Both the position numbers and the translations under genes were made by a program. From assembly GCF_009914755.1 (NCBI RefSeq), contig NC_060938.1: a stretch of 64,000 nucleotides of DNA, one strand, 5' to 3'. Below the pieces are notes generated by a model, which did no database searches, had not been told where the DNA came from, and worked only from the letters and a program-made list of their open reading frames with translations. Below are positions 26,205 to 42,654 of the stretch, piece by piece (positions within the stretch are counted from its first letter, which is position 1; every line of letters starts with the position of its first letter). Source of the DNA: the human T2T-CHM13v2.0 reference genome, Homo sapiens.

Positions 26205-26999
26205 CAGACTGACTTTTCTTTAGTTCCTTATGTACACTGCCTTTTCCCTTATCACTAGGCTTTCAAACATGTTATTAACACCTCTGCTCAGGCCACTTAC
26301 ATTTATTCTCTTCCTCTAATTCTGATTTATCCTTCAGGTTTTCAGCTTAAATGTCACTTCTACAGTAGTGAGTTTTTTCCAGTCCCTATGATATCCCTCC
26401 ATAGCACCTTTTACCTCCCATTCCATCACATGTGTAAATTATTCGTTGGTACTTCTGAATTTCCTTTGAGACTATACTATGAGCGTTATAAAAGCAGGGA
26501 TAATGTTAGTCTCATATACCATTGTGCCCCCCCAACTGCCTGGCACGTGGTTTTGCATTTCGAGAACTGAAAAGTATGGTGACATCATTAAACAGAAATA
26601 GAGAATTCAGAAAGTAGAGTGGATTTGGGAAGCCCAGCAAAACGAGATAAAAAATAAGAGGTGTCTGGTTATTTACATAACTAGTGAAAGGCAAATTGGA
26701 GAATAGAGTAATATCTAATTCTACATTTATGCAAGAATAACTTTACTAAGTTTTGGATCTTTAAACAATTAAAATATTTACTAATCCCAAGTTGCAAACA
26801 GTGGTTCAAGTAGAAAACAATTTTGTTTGGCTGGTTTATTTAATATTTCCACTTCAAGTTCATTTAACGTTCAACTAAATATTCACTGGGTACTCATGAC
26901 ATGACAGGATTATGCTATATACCAGGCAATGGGGAAATAAAGACTGGAGTTTAAAGATTGTTCAATGACTATTTCTATTAAATACATACATAGATATGA

Positions 27000-27230
27000 T
27001 GGTGTATTAACTAAGAGAGTAGGCTCTGGAGTTTGCCTGGATCTAAATCCTGGTTCCATTTCCTATTGGCCATATGATGCTGGGCAAATTACTTTCATTT
27101 TTTGTCCCTCGTTTCCTCATTTATAAAACAGTATAAAGGACTGTTTTGATATTAGATGAGTTAACATAGAAATTATTTGGCCTAATACTTGGCATACATT
27201 GAGTACCCAATGAGTGCTAGTAGTTACTAT
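27000..27230 (+). mobile_element. MIR SINE
   Basis: ggctctggagtttgcctggatctaaatcctgg...gggcaaattac...gtttcctcatttataaaac. Confidence 0.75.
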
Positions 27231-27232
27231 AA

Positions 27233-27542
<310 letters not shown>

Positions 27543-27599
27543 TGATATTTATAGGAAATAATTTAAAGCTGAAAAACAGGAAATAGAAAATTCCCTTTA

Positions 27600-28169
<570 letters not shown>

Positions 28170-28871
28170 TCAGAGAAGGCAAGCACAGTTATGAATAGCC
28201 CTACAACTAATTATATAAGAAATAATAGTTTTGAAATACTGAAAAGGATAACATTTTCCAACAGGAACTTCAGCTTCATTCTTTAAAATTATTTGTATTT
28301 TGTTAATACAAATTCAACTACAAAAATGCGCAGCTGGATTTCGAAGAAGTCCTTTTCATGAAAAATAATATGCATATGTGTTGTGGCTACACTTTTGTTT
28401 TCTTGGTTGAAAGCAAGGCTCTTAAAACCTTTATTTCCTTGGAAACAGATGTTCTTTATATATATCCCACAGAATGATCAAACTCACTACAGAAGCTGAG
28501 GTCTAGAGATAAGGGCAATCACTAAAAGGGAAAGCACCTCTGCATTTCTGCAGAGGGACCCCTGATTTCAATCTCAGCTACCAAAACTTCAGGCTAACCA
28601 AACTAAGAACATAAAAAGAGACAGTGTTAAGAACTAATCCTAGTTCTAAGGAGAACTAGGATAAAAAAAGTATCAACTGGTTATACCACAATAAAAAAGT
28701 ATCAACTGATAATTATGTGCAGGAAAAGTGTAGTTTACATTATTAATCTCTGTAGCTAAACCTGTTTTAACTAAGTTAAAAGATAGACTCAGAAAACAAA
28801 GAAAAAAAAGCAAACTTTAAGGCCTTATAAAACATTTATTTTCAACTATGAGACTGCAAACACTTCCTTAC

Positions 28872-28988
28872 CTCAAAGTCATCGTCATCTGCTTCAGTGT
28901 AATGTGCGTGGTTATCTGGATTGTTCACTTTGTCTAACAGTTCAACTGCTAGGGCTCTAGAGAGACCTGGCTGTGCAACAAAAGTGTG
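28872..28988 (-). CDS. MAP4K5: MAP4K5 coding exon (~exon 13, 117 nt): HTFVAQPGLSRALAVELLDKVNNPDNHAHYTEADDDDFE
   Basis: cttttag|CACACT...TTTGAG|gtaagg. Confidence 0.95.
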
Positions 28989-29593
28989 CTAAAAGAAAAC
29001 AAAATGAAATTTCATGAGTATGCCTTTACATCTATGGCTTAAAGAAAATGCTATCTTCATTTTTTCATTCAGTAACTAGCAGAGACAAGTATATGGGAGT
29101 CTACTAACACAAATAAACTGTGTTAGTAAAAATATTAATCAGAGAATCCATAATTACACATTATATAAAACTGAAGAGCCTTTGTAGGGTAAATTTAGAA
29201 AGCAATTTCTTTTTGTGAAGTTATCTAATCCATATTAAGTTCTAAAATTAATATAGATTAGATATGGCTATACCAATGACATTCATTACTCATATCACTA
29301 TACTGATGCAAATGAATACTGTGGTATGGTACATAATCACAATAAGAAAAAAGCATGTATATCATATATCTGCATACATTTAATTCTGTAAAATTATGTT
29401 AATTTACAAAGACATATATAATTAAATATTGGCATGTCAGTAAAGCTTCTTAGGTTGTTGTAATCACTGACTATTTCTAACATAAAAGTGTTTTATACAC
29501 ACACATATGCAGAGTATTCTATAAATTTACATTAGAAGACAAGAAAAGCAATTTGTTTTAGCTGACAGCAACATTTTAAAGTTTTCTCTAAGG

Positions 29594-30145
<552 letters not shown>

Positions 30146-30243
30146 TCACTAACATTTTTATCTTAAAAACATAAATACTTTTGTTCTACTGATATGTCTA
30201 ATTTATGACTATAGGAAGACCCCTCGTAATTTCAATGACTTAC

Positions 30244-30325
30244 AGTCAGAAGTCTTTCAGCAGTTGGTCTTTTTTTTGGGTTTTTGGTTAGTGCTATTTT
30301 GACAAAATTATGGAATGTTGATGAC
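30244..30325 (-). CDS. MAP4K5: MAP4K5 coding exon (~exon 12, 82 nt): [27 protein letters not shown]
   Basis: ttttaag|GTCATCA...CTGACT|gtaagt. Confidence 0.95.
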
Positions 30326-31987
30326 CTTAAAATAAAAAGAGACGTACAAAAATATTTCACTACTATTACGTTTCGGTGTTAGTAAATAACATTAACTTAG
30401 GAACAGTTAGTCTAAAACACCATGATTTTTTATTGGGCCACTTAGTTAAAGTACAATATATTCCTTGGAAACATCTGTGTCAGTTTTGTCTTTCATATAA
30501 AATACAATTAAGTAACAGAACAGTAATATACAACCACAAAAATTACACTAACAATCAGAAATAGATAGGCTGTGTCATTTATATATGACCTTCTTTTCTA
30601 GGTACTACTTAGGAGTCAAAATGTCCTTTTCTCATTGCATAATTTACCGAGTATGTAAATATTGTGCTATACCAAAAGAGTTGGACGGCACGAAAGGTAG
30701 GCATGGGGTAATATAAGAGACTATTTAAATCCCAAAGAGGCTGATGAATTTCTTAGAAAAAAAGGCAAAGAGGAGGGAGCAATTTTAGCAACTAGAAGGG
30801 TTTTCTGCCACCTTCACTGATGAAGTGGGGAAAGGAAGAAGACATAAATTAAAGGTATCACATTTTGATTATTAAGAAATGACACAAAAAGGTATTTCTA
30901 CCATTGCCAAGATTCCACTGGAGAGAATGGACAAGAACTAAAGGTATGAAATAACCGTATTTATCAGCAATGACAACCACCACACAGCAGTTCTCTGCAG
31001 AGAAATCACATCACTGCATCACATTTGGTGGCTTGCGATAAAGATAACATGGAGTCAGACAGTATCGGGACTGGCAAAGGTTCTCCAATGGTAATAACTG
31101 CTCTGAAATCTGACTGTGAATTTAGCATTTATAGCTAACAGTCATTCATTCCTGAATGAATATCAGTCATTCCTGCCGTAAAACCGTTCAGTTCCAGATG
31201 TCTAGGAACTTAGAGCAACAGGGAAGAGGAAGGACCCAGTGTCAATACAAAGGAATATAATTAGCAGCACAATATAAACTCCTTTCTTTCCACAGTGTGA
31301 TTTGCCATTCTTTCCTGTCATCATCCCCAGAATGGCTTGAGTCCTAAATAAAACTATGCTAAGACAGACTACTGAAACATAAAGCAGTGGTTGAGAACCT
31401 GTTTGTGGGGAGGGGCCTCTTAGAACCTGAAATAAGCAATGGACTGTCTTCTCAGAAAAATGGATATACATACAGAATTTTGGGGGCTCACAGATCCTCA
31501 AAGATCTATGTAATCTAGATAAGGAATTCTAGAATTTAAGAACTCAGAAACTTATTTGCACAGCTTCTTTTATTAAATGTATGGGGAAGACATTACCAGA
31601 AAAATAATCTTTAATTTTTATTAACCAATTGATGACATCTTTTTGGACTATAAAGATAGGTAAACTGCTTTACTTTGTAAGAGAAAGAAGGGATCAAGAT
31701 GAAAATAAGTAATAATCTTTTTGAGTATTACGTAAGGAAGAGAGGGAAAAACCAACAGAGATTGATTTTAAGTGTCATGTTATCTGGAAACCCTTTTCAT
31801 ATCACCTTCCATGAAAGTCAATGTGTAATTAATGGAAGTAAAGGAAGATAGAGCAAAAATAGATGATTCTTCAAAATCTTCATGTAATCACTTCTAATTC
31901 TTTCCTCACCACACTTCTTACCCAATCTGCCGAAGACCTAAGAAAATTATTGAGTTTTATGAGAACACTGGATTATAAAGAACACTG

Positions 31988-32272
31988 GGCCGGGTGAGGT
32001 GGCTCATGCCTGTAATCTCAGCACTTTGGGAGGCCGAAGTGGGCAGATTACGGGGTCAAGAGAATGAGACCATCCTGGCCAACATGGTGAAACCATCTCT
32101 ACTAAAAATACAAAAATTAGCTTGGCGTGGTGGCATGTGCCTGTAGTCCCAGCTACTCGGGAGGCCGAGACAGGAGAATCACTCGAACCCAGGAGGCGGA
32201 GGATGCATTGAGCCGAGATTGCGCCACTGTACTACAGCCTGGCAACAGAGTGAGACTCCGTCTCCAAAAAAA
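31988..32272 (+). mobile_element. Alu inserted at the 5' end of an older Alu
   Basis: full dimer; TSD aaagaacactgg / aaagaaacactgg. Confidence 0.92.
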
Positions 32273-32286
32273 AGAAAGAAACACTG

Positions 32287-32597
32287 GGCTGGGCACAGTA
32301 GCTTACACCTGTAATCCCAGTACTTTGGAAGGCTGAAGTGGGAGGATCCCTTGAGGCCAGGAGTTTGAGACCAGCCTGGGCAACATAGTGAGACCCTGTC
32401 TCTATAACAAACAAACAAACAAAACTTAGCCAGTTGTGGTGGCACATCCTATAGTCCCAGCTACACAAGAGGCTGAGGAGGGAGGATCTCTTGAGCCCAG
32501 GAGTTTGAGGTTGCAGTGAGTTATGATCATGACACTGCACTCCAGCCTGGATAACACAGCAAAATCCTGTCTCAAAAAAAAAAAAAAAAAAAAAAAA
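32287..32597 (+). mobile_element. Alu (AluJ-like)
   Basis: full dimer with long A-tail. Confidence 0.92.
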
Positions 32598-32774
32598 CTA
32601 CCAGAAAATAAATCTAGATCCTTGCCATAGGTCTGCAAGCAAATCAGCTGTGTAACTTTGAGAAAACTGCTTAATGTCTATGGACTTCTGTTTAATCATC
32701 TGCAAAATATGGGAACTGAATCTATACTCCTTTCGATTGTAAAATTCTATAAAACTATATATTCTTTAACTCAC

Positions 32775-32837
32775 CATTTTGTTTTGTCCTTTAGTTTTGG
32801 AGGCTGAAAATTACTTTTTGACATTAAGAAGAGAGCC
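32775..32837 (-). CDS. MAP4K5: MAP4K5 coding exon (~exon 11, 63 nt): ALFLMSKSNFQPPKLKDKTK(W)
   Basis: atttcag|GGCTCTC...AAATG|gtgagt. Confidence 0.95.
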
Positions 32838-34589
32838 CTGAAATAAAAATTATAGTTAAAGAACAATATCAAAATTACTACATCTAACAATTAGAAAGAA
32901 TATTCTGTAATGAATTTATACAAGACTACCACATAAGTGGACAATGATGAAAACTACTATGGGATATAGAAATTAAATTTTTAATATTTTAGATAGCTTT
33001 CAAAAAATTTCTCTTGACTACAGAGAAGATTTTTAAATTTCCAACAAGTCCTTATTCACAAAGCAAACCCACCAAATATTGGAAAAGAGTTTTCTTACTA
33101 TACTGTTACATATGTAACTAGTATTATATCTTAAGCACATGTCTATATAATTGTATATAATTCTCTAATACATAGAGATGACATGTTACTCTAACATTAG
33201 GTTGCATATTTAACCAAAGACTGGCCTCCATATTTATTTTGGGTGGGTGTATAGGCAAATTATATCCATTTCCTGATTGTTTTCCTTTTTTGGACAATGA
33301 TTTCCCATATTCTCTCAGTATATTAAATACATAAACCAATCTACAAGAGAACTTTGTCTATAAACTCACGTGTGACCCATTTTCTTGTGGGCTATGGGGG
33401 TAGTATGATAGAGGATTTAAGAAGGAAGTTCTAAAATGCTCTATTTCAGCATTTCCTACAAAAATCCCAGGTTTCTAAGCAAATTCCTGTTTCTTTTTTA
33501 GCATAACAAATACATTTTTCCTTTCTAAAAATTAAATGATTCAAAGGAAAAATAAAAAAAACTATATTCCCACCATTCTATTATTTAAAATTTTCTAATC
33601 TCTTTAAAACATTTTTCTAATCTTTTTAGTCTTTATCTAAATGCTTACCAATTACATTATATTCACATTAGTATTTATGATTTTTTTCACTAATAATCAA
33701 TTTTCCATTTTGCTTTGGTTCATACATATGTAATGGCTGCCCTTAACTGTTAAATAATTGGCTTAAGAATTCACCAACTACTACATATTTAGATTTTTTC
33801 CCTTGTTATCCTGAAATGCATAATTCTTAGCATTTTCTTTCCTTAGATTATTTCTGAATTATAATCCCCTAAACGGTGGAAGCACTGAAACATTTGTATT
33901 GCCCATAACAAATAACATCAAAGTATTTTTCCAAAAGGTCTGTACTTATCAGCATTCTAGCTAAAAGTAGGTATCTTTTAATATATATTATCTTTAGCTG
34001 CTTATGAGCTCAAATAGATTCCCGTATCTGGTACTTGCTCATAAACCTTAATCTATTTTTTGCTTGTAGTCTTTGAATGATTTCCTTATATAGTATATAT
34101 CAATCTGTTGCCAATCACGTTAGCAAAACACTTTCACCATTCTGTTAATTTTCTTTTTAGCTTCATACCATTTAAAGTGTCAATTTAAGCCTAATCTATC
34201 TTTTCCTTCAAAGTATCAAAAAACTTTTCAGATGCCCTCAAATATTTTTTTCTGAGATAATACATCCTAGAATGTAAATGATAATTATATTCAGCATAGA
34301 TACCTCTTCATTATTCCTGGATAAAATAAAAAGAAACAAAATCAAATATAACTAGAAAAGTTTCATCTGCATTCTATCATTTACTTATAATTCCACATAG
34401 GACAAAAAAAAAGATCAATTGATAAAAGAATGAACATGAAGACTCAAAAAGTCTTAAAATAATGTTAACTCTCATATCCTAGTGTGATTATGAAGAGAAA
34501 TTTGTTTTATGGAAAAGCTTCAAACAGTACAGACAATTTACTCTTATGTTGTTTTAGGAGCAGCAATACAAGACAGGTTTTATTTATTT

Positions 34590-34690
34590 AAAGACTAGTC
34601 AAGTACAGTAGTGAGAAGGAGAAGAGCAGAACAAGGAGCTTGATCTGTAATTGTGAAAAATGAATTGAGGTAACTACCTTCGGACTAGCC
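34590..34690 (-). pseudogene. Near full-length Y1 RNA pseudogene
   Basis: Minus strand reads GGCTAGTCCGAAGGTAGTTACCTCAATTC...TACTGTACTTGACTAGTCTTT, matching hY1 as recalled; A-rich tail; degenerate TSD caagacaggtttt / cacaataggtttt. Confidence 0.92.
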
Positions 34691-34842
34691 CACAATAGGT
34701 TTTGGATGAGATTACTCCTAAATCCCTTACAATACCTTTACTATTTTTCATTCTTAAAAATGAGCTTGATGCTGAGTTATCAGCATTTCACTTTCCCCAT
34801 AGACTTGATCAATAACTGGATAATTATAAATAATGAGAACAC

Positions 34843-34974
34843 CTCATTGGGTGGAGATCAAACATAGGTGGCTGAAGTTCTCCAAGTTCAATTGCTGTTA
34901 TTCCTACTGCCCAGATATCACAGAGTTGGTTGTAGCCACCATTCTTCTCTACTGCTGCAACTTCTGGGGCCATC
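34843..34974 (-). CDS. MAP4K5: MAP4K5 coding exon (~exon 10, 132 nt): [43 protein letters not shown](R)
   Basis: cttctag|GATGGCC...ATGAG|gtgttc; APE motif. Confidence 0.95.
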
Positions 34975-36840
34975 CTAGAAGGAATCAATGAATACAACAT
35001 TTTTGTTGTTAAATATTGATCTGAATCTGTTACTTCCTGTTATAATCACCAGACTTGTTGGAGGGAAGGAAGCTGAGAGGTGTTTACTAGGAAAGAAGAA
35101 ACATTACTAAGTAAAGGCTTAAATCTCTATTTCACACACATACACACTTTTAAAATTAATTAAGAATCTTGAATGCCCTCCTCTGAATGTTTATGCTCTA
35201 AGGAAAAATCTTGTTTTAGTTTGGTTTCTATTTTTGTGAATCTTGTTATGTAATAGGCAAAAAGAAAAAGAATACCTAAATCCCTGTGAAGGTCAAAGAA
35301 AAGTTCCTAAAGGAGGTGAGACTTCTAAGTAGGGTGGGGAGCCTGGACATTTCAGTGACAGGAAACGAGTACAAATTCAGGGAGACCAGCAAAGCTGACA
35401 GGACAGTGCTCAATGTATCACCTGCAAACTGATAAGGGGCCATACATTGCTGGCTACCAGTCTGTGATAAATACAGAAATGGAGAGTAAGCATTTATGCT
35501 TGTCCAAATGCATAAATTCATTTTTATCTTATTTTACAAATAAGTCTGTAATGGACAGGAAATAACACATGGTTAGAGAAAGTCTCAAAAGTGTTTGGGA
35601 AATCAACCTCAGAAGTAGAGGCTAGATTATAAATGATCTACTGTTTATACAAAAAAGGTTAGACTTTATCATGAAAATGATGGGGACCCAATGAAAGATT
35701 TAATTATGAGGTCAAACAATCTAAAACTGCATGGCAAGATGAAGGATAGTGTGAAATCAGGTGAAATCAGTCAGGCAGATATGTTAGAGAACTTTTCAAA
35801 GGCCGTAGCAGAGGGAACAGAATGAAAGGGGTTAACTTAAGATATAGATCTGAGGAGGAAATGCTTGTGGATATTGAAATAGAGCTATTATTAAACAACT
35901 GTTGAATATACAAAAGACTGAAGTTGGAGTTACAAGTTTGGGAATCAGCACTGTAGAAGGCCTCTGAAGTTATAAAGTATAGATGATACTGTTCAGGGGA
36001 AATATTCTTTTATCTTTTCAAATGTTTACTAACTTAACTTCAATTAATTTGAATTGAATATCCACAAGGTACAAGTTGCTTTTATATGTACTTAGGCTAC
36101 AAAAAGTTATATTAACACCCTGTCTCTCAAGTGTGGTTAGCATATAAAGTATGTATACTAAAAATGTGAACATGTAGATGTGTACTATATGCAAGTGCTA
36201 CATACATAACAATGGATATAGGAGTAAGGAGAAGTAAACAATCACCACGGAGCAAGATAATTGAAGGCAAGTTTCACAGAGGAAAGAGGCTGAGGTGGAG
36301 CCCAGAGAAAGCAAACAGGATTCATCTCCTCTACCCACTGGAATCAGCTAGTGGTGGCTAACTGGAATGTCAAGTTGACTATGACTGTTGCACTTCCTGG
36401 CTCAGTGGGAAACTGTATTCAATCAGTTGGCCATAGGTATAGAAAGGTAGAGAGTGTGGCCCTCTTAAGAATGGGGAGGGCTTAAGATAAACACAGAAAA
36501 AGGGTATCTTAGGGAAGAGTAAAGAAAGCTAAAGTAGTAGTATTTCACCTGATATAGTCAGGATACAAAAAATAGACAATTTAGACTAGAAGAGTATTCA
36601 CAAAAAGGACAGTCATAGAAAGTGAGGGACTCTGATGTGACAAAGGCAATCCTATAGGTTATCTAACTCACCTATATCTTCATTTAACTTTTATTTAACT
36701 GATACTTATTGAGGCTTTTTTTCTGTTAAAGTGATTTGTGTTGACTGAAAACAATTTGGAATATATGAAAAAATATGGAAGAAAACAAGCTAAGCATGAT
36801 CCCACTCAAAGAGAGTTCCTGTTTCACATATTTTCATCCA

Positions 36841-36873
<33 letters not shown>

Positions 36874-37182
36874 CTTTTATAAAATGGTATCATATTGCAT
36901 ATACTACTTGGAATCTTGCTTTCTAAAATTAACAACATATCATGAGCCGTAGCATATTATTCCACTGAATTGAATAAATGTAATTCCCTTCCTGTTGTGT
37001 ATTATTTTCCCTCAATTTTTATCATTAAAATAGTGTGATAAAGCTTATCATATACAAATCTGTATGCCTCTCTAATAAATTACCAGATATGGAATTACTG
37101 AGAATAAAGAAGATAAATATTGCTTAAAGTTTTTGATAAACATTACCATCAAATTATGCTTCAAAATCGTTCTACCAATTTC

Positions 37183-37368
37183 TTTTCTTTTTTTCCTTCA
37201 ACTTTTATTTTAAGTTCCAGGGTATATGTGCAGGATGTACAGGTTTTTTACACAGGTAAATGTGTGCCATGGTGGTTTGCTGCACAGATCAACCCATCAC
37301 CTTGGTATTAATATTAAGCCCAGCATCCATTAGCTATTCTTCCTGATGCTCTCCCTCCCTAACCCCTG
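37183..37368 (-). mobile_element. Short L1PA 3'-end insertion
   Basis: agggtatatgtgcaggatgtacagg...catggtggtttgctgcac...agcatccattagctattcttcctgatgc; TSD taccaatttct on both sides. Confidence 0.85.
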
Positions 37369-37509
37369 TTGTACCAATTTCTACTCTCACTGCCAAATAT
37401 TTAGTGATAGTAAGGATGCCCATAATTCCAAATATTTTCCAATTTGATAGAAAAAAGTCATTTAATTTGTTCATCAAGGGACACATTATTCAGAATATAT
37501 ATATTTTTT

Positions 37510-37560
37510 AGGTTAGTCAAGTGAAGCAGTGAGAGTAAAGAAGGAACAAAGAAATCTGTA
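37510..37560 (-). pseudogene. Y3 RNA pseudogene, 3' part (split by the ZNF retrocopy)
   Basis: aggttagtcaagtgaagcagtgagagtaaagaaggaacaaagaaatctgta matches the reverse complement of the hY3 3' half as recalled; the adjacent T-run is the poly(A) tail on the minus strand. Confidence 0.88.
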
Positions 37561-39569
<2,009 letters not shown>

Positions 39570-39600
39570 AAAGAAATCCGTAACTTCTTGTGATCTATTA
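39570..39600 (-). pseudogene. Y3 RNA pseudogene, remaining 5' part (includes the duplicated target site; 5'-truncated)
   Basis: aaagaaatccgtaacttcttgtgatctatta continues the hY3 reverse complement (AAAGAAATCTGTAACTGGTTGTGATCAATTA). Confidence 0.8.
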
Positions 39601-39900
39601 TCATATGTTACGATACTTAATATGTATTATTTTACTAACTGCTTCTAATGAGACATTCTTTTTAACGACATAAGAACTTACATATGAAAAATATTAAACC
39701 TAGTTTGGCATATTTTAGACAATATTTCCTGTTTTTTTACTTGCCTTTTAATTTTGTTTAAGCTGGTGGACATAAACAAGTTTTAAATTTTCATGCAGTT
39801 AAATCTATCAGCATTTCCTTTTAAGGTTTTATTCTTTATGTTCAGAAAGCCTTCCTCAGCTCTTAAAGCAGATAGTTACTGATGGCTCTTTTGGTTTCAC

Positions 39901-40191
39901 TTTTTTTTTTTTTTTTTTTTTTTTTTGAGACGGAGTCTCGCTCTGTCGCCCAGGCTGGAGTGCAGTGGTGCGCACTCAGCTCGCTGTAAGCTCTGACTCC
40001 TGGGTTCACGCCCTTCTCCTGCCTCAGCCTCCCGAGGAGCTGGGACTACAGGCACCTGCCACGACGCCTGGCTAATTTTTTTGTATTTTTAGTAGAGACG
40101 GGGTTTCACCGTGTTAGCCAGGATGGTCTCGATCTCCTGACCTCTTGATCCGCCCGCCTCAGCCTCTCAAAGTGCTGGGATTACAGGTGTG
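39901..40191 (-). mobile_element. AluY-like element
   Basis: diagnostic accgtgttagccaggatggtctcgatctcc and gggttcacgcc; long pure T-tail. Confidence 0.9.
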
Positions 40192-40305
40192 AACTTGACT
40201 ATTTCCACATACGATTTTTTGACATCAGGTATGAGGTACGGAGCTACTTAAATTTCTTTTCAAATAACAAATTATCCAAACACTGCACATTAAAGAATCC
40301 AAATT

Positions 40306-40588
40306 GGCTAAGCACAGTGGCTCAAGTCTGTAATCTCAGCACTTTGGGAGGTAGATCACTTGAGATTTAGACCAGCCCAGGAGTTTTAGCTGAAACCCTG
40401 TCTCTACAAAAAAAATTACAAAAAATTAGCTGGCTGTGATGTTGCATGCCTGTAGTCTCAGCTATTTCGGGGGCTGAAATGGGAGGATCATCTGGCTCTG
40501 GGAGGTCAATGATGCAGTGAGCTGTGATTGTGCCACCGCACTCCAGCCACGTGACAGAATGAAACCCTGTCTCAGAAAAAAAAAAAAA
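40306..40588 (+). mobile_element. Alu (diverged AluJ-like)
   Basis: dimer with A-tail. Confidence 0.88.
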
Positions 40589-40829
40589 GAATCTAACCTT
40601 TCACACAAACTGCAAATGTCACCTTTTATAACATTCACAATTTTAAATATTAAGGTTTTGTTATGAGGCTTTTTATTTCTATCATCTATCAATAATGAAA
40701 GCAGTGTTTTAGAAAGATTATTTTGTCAGTAATCAGTGGAATGCACTAAGAGTGGGGTGGCTGGTGAGAGTAATGGTAGGTAGGATGAAGGAGTTTTAAC
40801 AACCAGGAAGAAGAATCCTAGATTAAACT

Positions 40830-40935
40830 TAGGTGATGGGTCAATAGGTGCAGCAAACCCACCATGGCACACGTTTACCTATGTAACAAACCTAGACATC
40901 CTGCACATGTACCCTGCAACTTAAAATAAAATAAA
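40830..40935 (+). mobile_element. L1PA 3'-end fragment
   Basis: ggtgcagcaaacccaccatggcacacgtttacctatgtaacaaacc...cacatgtaccc...aacttaaaataaa. Confidence 0.85.
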
Positions 40936-41260
40936 GTGGAAAAGTCCTAGATTAAAAGAGAATGCCAGAAGAAAGGGTAAGAAAATTACAGGAGGCAAAT
41001 CTTTTGAAAATTTCATACCTAAGAGCCCTCTCAATATAAAATCACAGGGATAGTAAAAATTATTAGCACTTCTACAGAGGGAAGGCTGAACCATGAATAT
41101 GAGCATCAAAGTTCCCTAACCCAAACAGAACTTATGATACTGTCAAAGAGCACGCAAATCTCCCTACTTTTAATTATTACTTCTATTACCAAGTATCGAG
41201 GTTGATCACAAAACCATGAAGAAATGAAAATGGATCAAATTCAATCACAGTAATGTCTTA

Positions 41261-41359
<99 letters not shown>

Positions 41360-42312
41360 TTAGTTCTTTACAATACACCAAACAACATTTTTACTTTCGC
41401 CCTTAGGCATGGCAGTATTAATAATTCAAATATTAATGTTAGAAAAATGCGCATAAATTGAATACCTAAATCTCTTCTTGCTTAGTTCACAACATACTTA
41501 TTAAAAAAATTTATTGGCACTTTACTAGAATGAAAATACTTTATTAAGAACAAAGTTAACAAAAAATATTTTTATTATATACACAATGAAGTTAATTTGG
41601 GAAAAAGAGAAAAAAAAAAGCACAAAAAATAAAACACATGGGAGAAACACACACCTGTATTCCTTTTATCCTAATATAACAAGGATAGCATTCTGGTACT
41701 ATTTTTTTTACAGTCATTTTTTTCTATGTATGAACTTTTTAAGTGTTGTAGTTAAACATGATTGTATTGTAATCCCTGCTACTTGGGAGGATTAGGTGGG
41801 AGCATAGCCTGAGGCCAGGAGTCCAAGTACACAGTGAGCTATGACTGAATCACTGCACTCCAGCCTGAATGACAGAGTGAGACCATCTCCTTCAAAACAA
41901 ACAAAATAACACACAGAAACACGTGGTTGTAAAATACTAAATAAATATACAGTCCATTTTTGTCATTTAACACACCAGATGTTACTCTTACACATTCATA
42001 GATATCAATGATTGAATAGATTTATCACAGTTTAACAGTTTTTCTATTGCTAGACTTACATTTGCATTTTTTCTACCACAAGTAATATTATGGTTAATGC
42101 TTTAGTGAATATGGATTTTCCATCTTTAGGTTTAATTTCCTTAAAATGAGTTTTGGGAGTAAAATTACTGGATCAAAAGTTAAACATTACTGCGACTCTT
42201 GATATGAAAATGAAATCTGCATAATGTTAATTCTCATTTAAAATTTTATAAAAATTTTATTAAAATGTCATTAAATTTTTGGAAAAAATTTTAGGAATTT
42301 GAAATAACATAC

Positions 42313-42355
42313 CTAATTTTACATCGCCATGGTCTGTCAATAAAATATTAGCACC
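42313..42355 (-). CDS. MAP4K5: MAP4K5 coding exon (~exon 8, 43 nt): GANILLTDHGDVKL
   Basis: gttctag|GGTGCT...TTAG|gtatgt; preceded by an 88-nt intron. Confidence 0.95.
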
Positions 42356-42443
42356 CTAGAACAAAAATACAAATACAATTAAATTAGCATCATAAAATTT
42401 CTTCCAATAGAATTGGCAATTTAAATGTATTAAATGAACTTAC

Positions 42444-42491
42444 TTTGATATCTCTATGCATTTTGCCTTTAGTATGCAAATAGGCAAGACC
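42444..42491 (-). CDS. MAP4K5: MAP4K5 coding exon (~exon 7, 48 nt): GLAYLHTKGKMHRDIK
   Basis: cttttag|GGTCTT...ATCAAA|gtaagt; catalytic HRD motif. Confidence 0.95.
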
Positions 42492-42654
42492 CTAAAAGTT
42501 TAAAAAAAAAAAAAAAGAATGTATCAGCAAAACTGTAAATGTGACTCCTAAATTTTCTACTTAAATTCTTATTGAATAAGAAAAACTAGAATGTCTTTTT
42601 TGGGGAGAAAAAAACCTAGATAAGTAAATCAATGTTTACTATATTTTAAAGATT

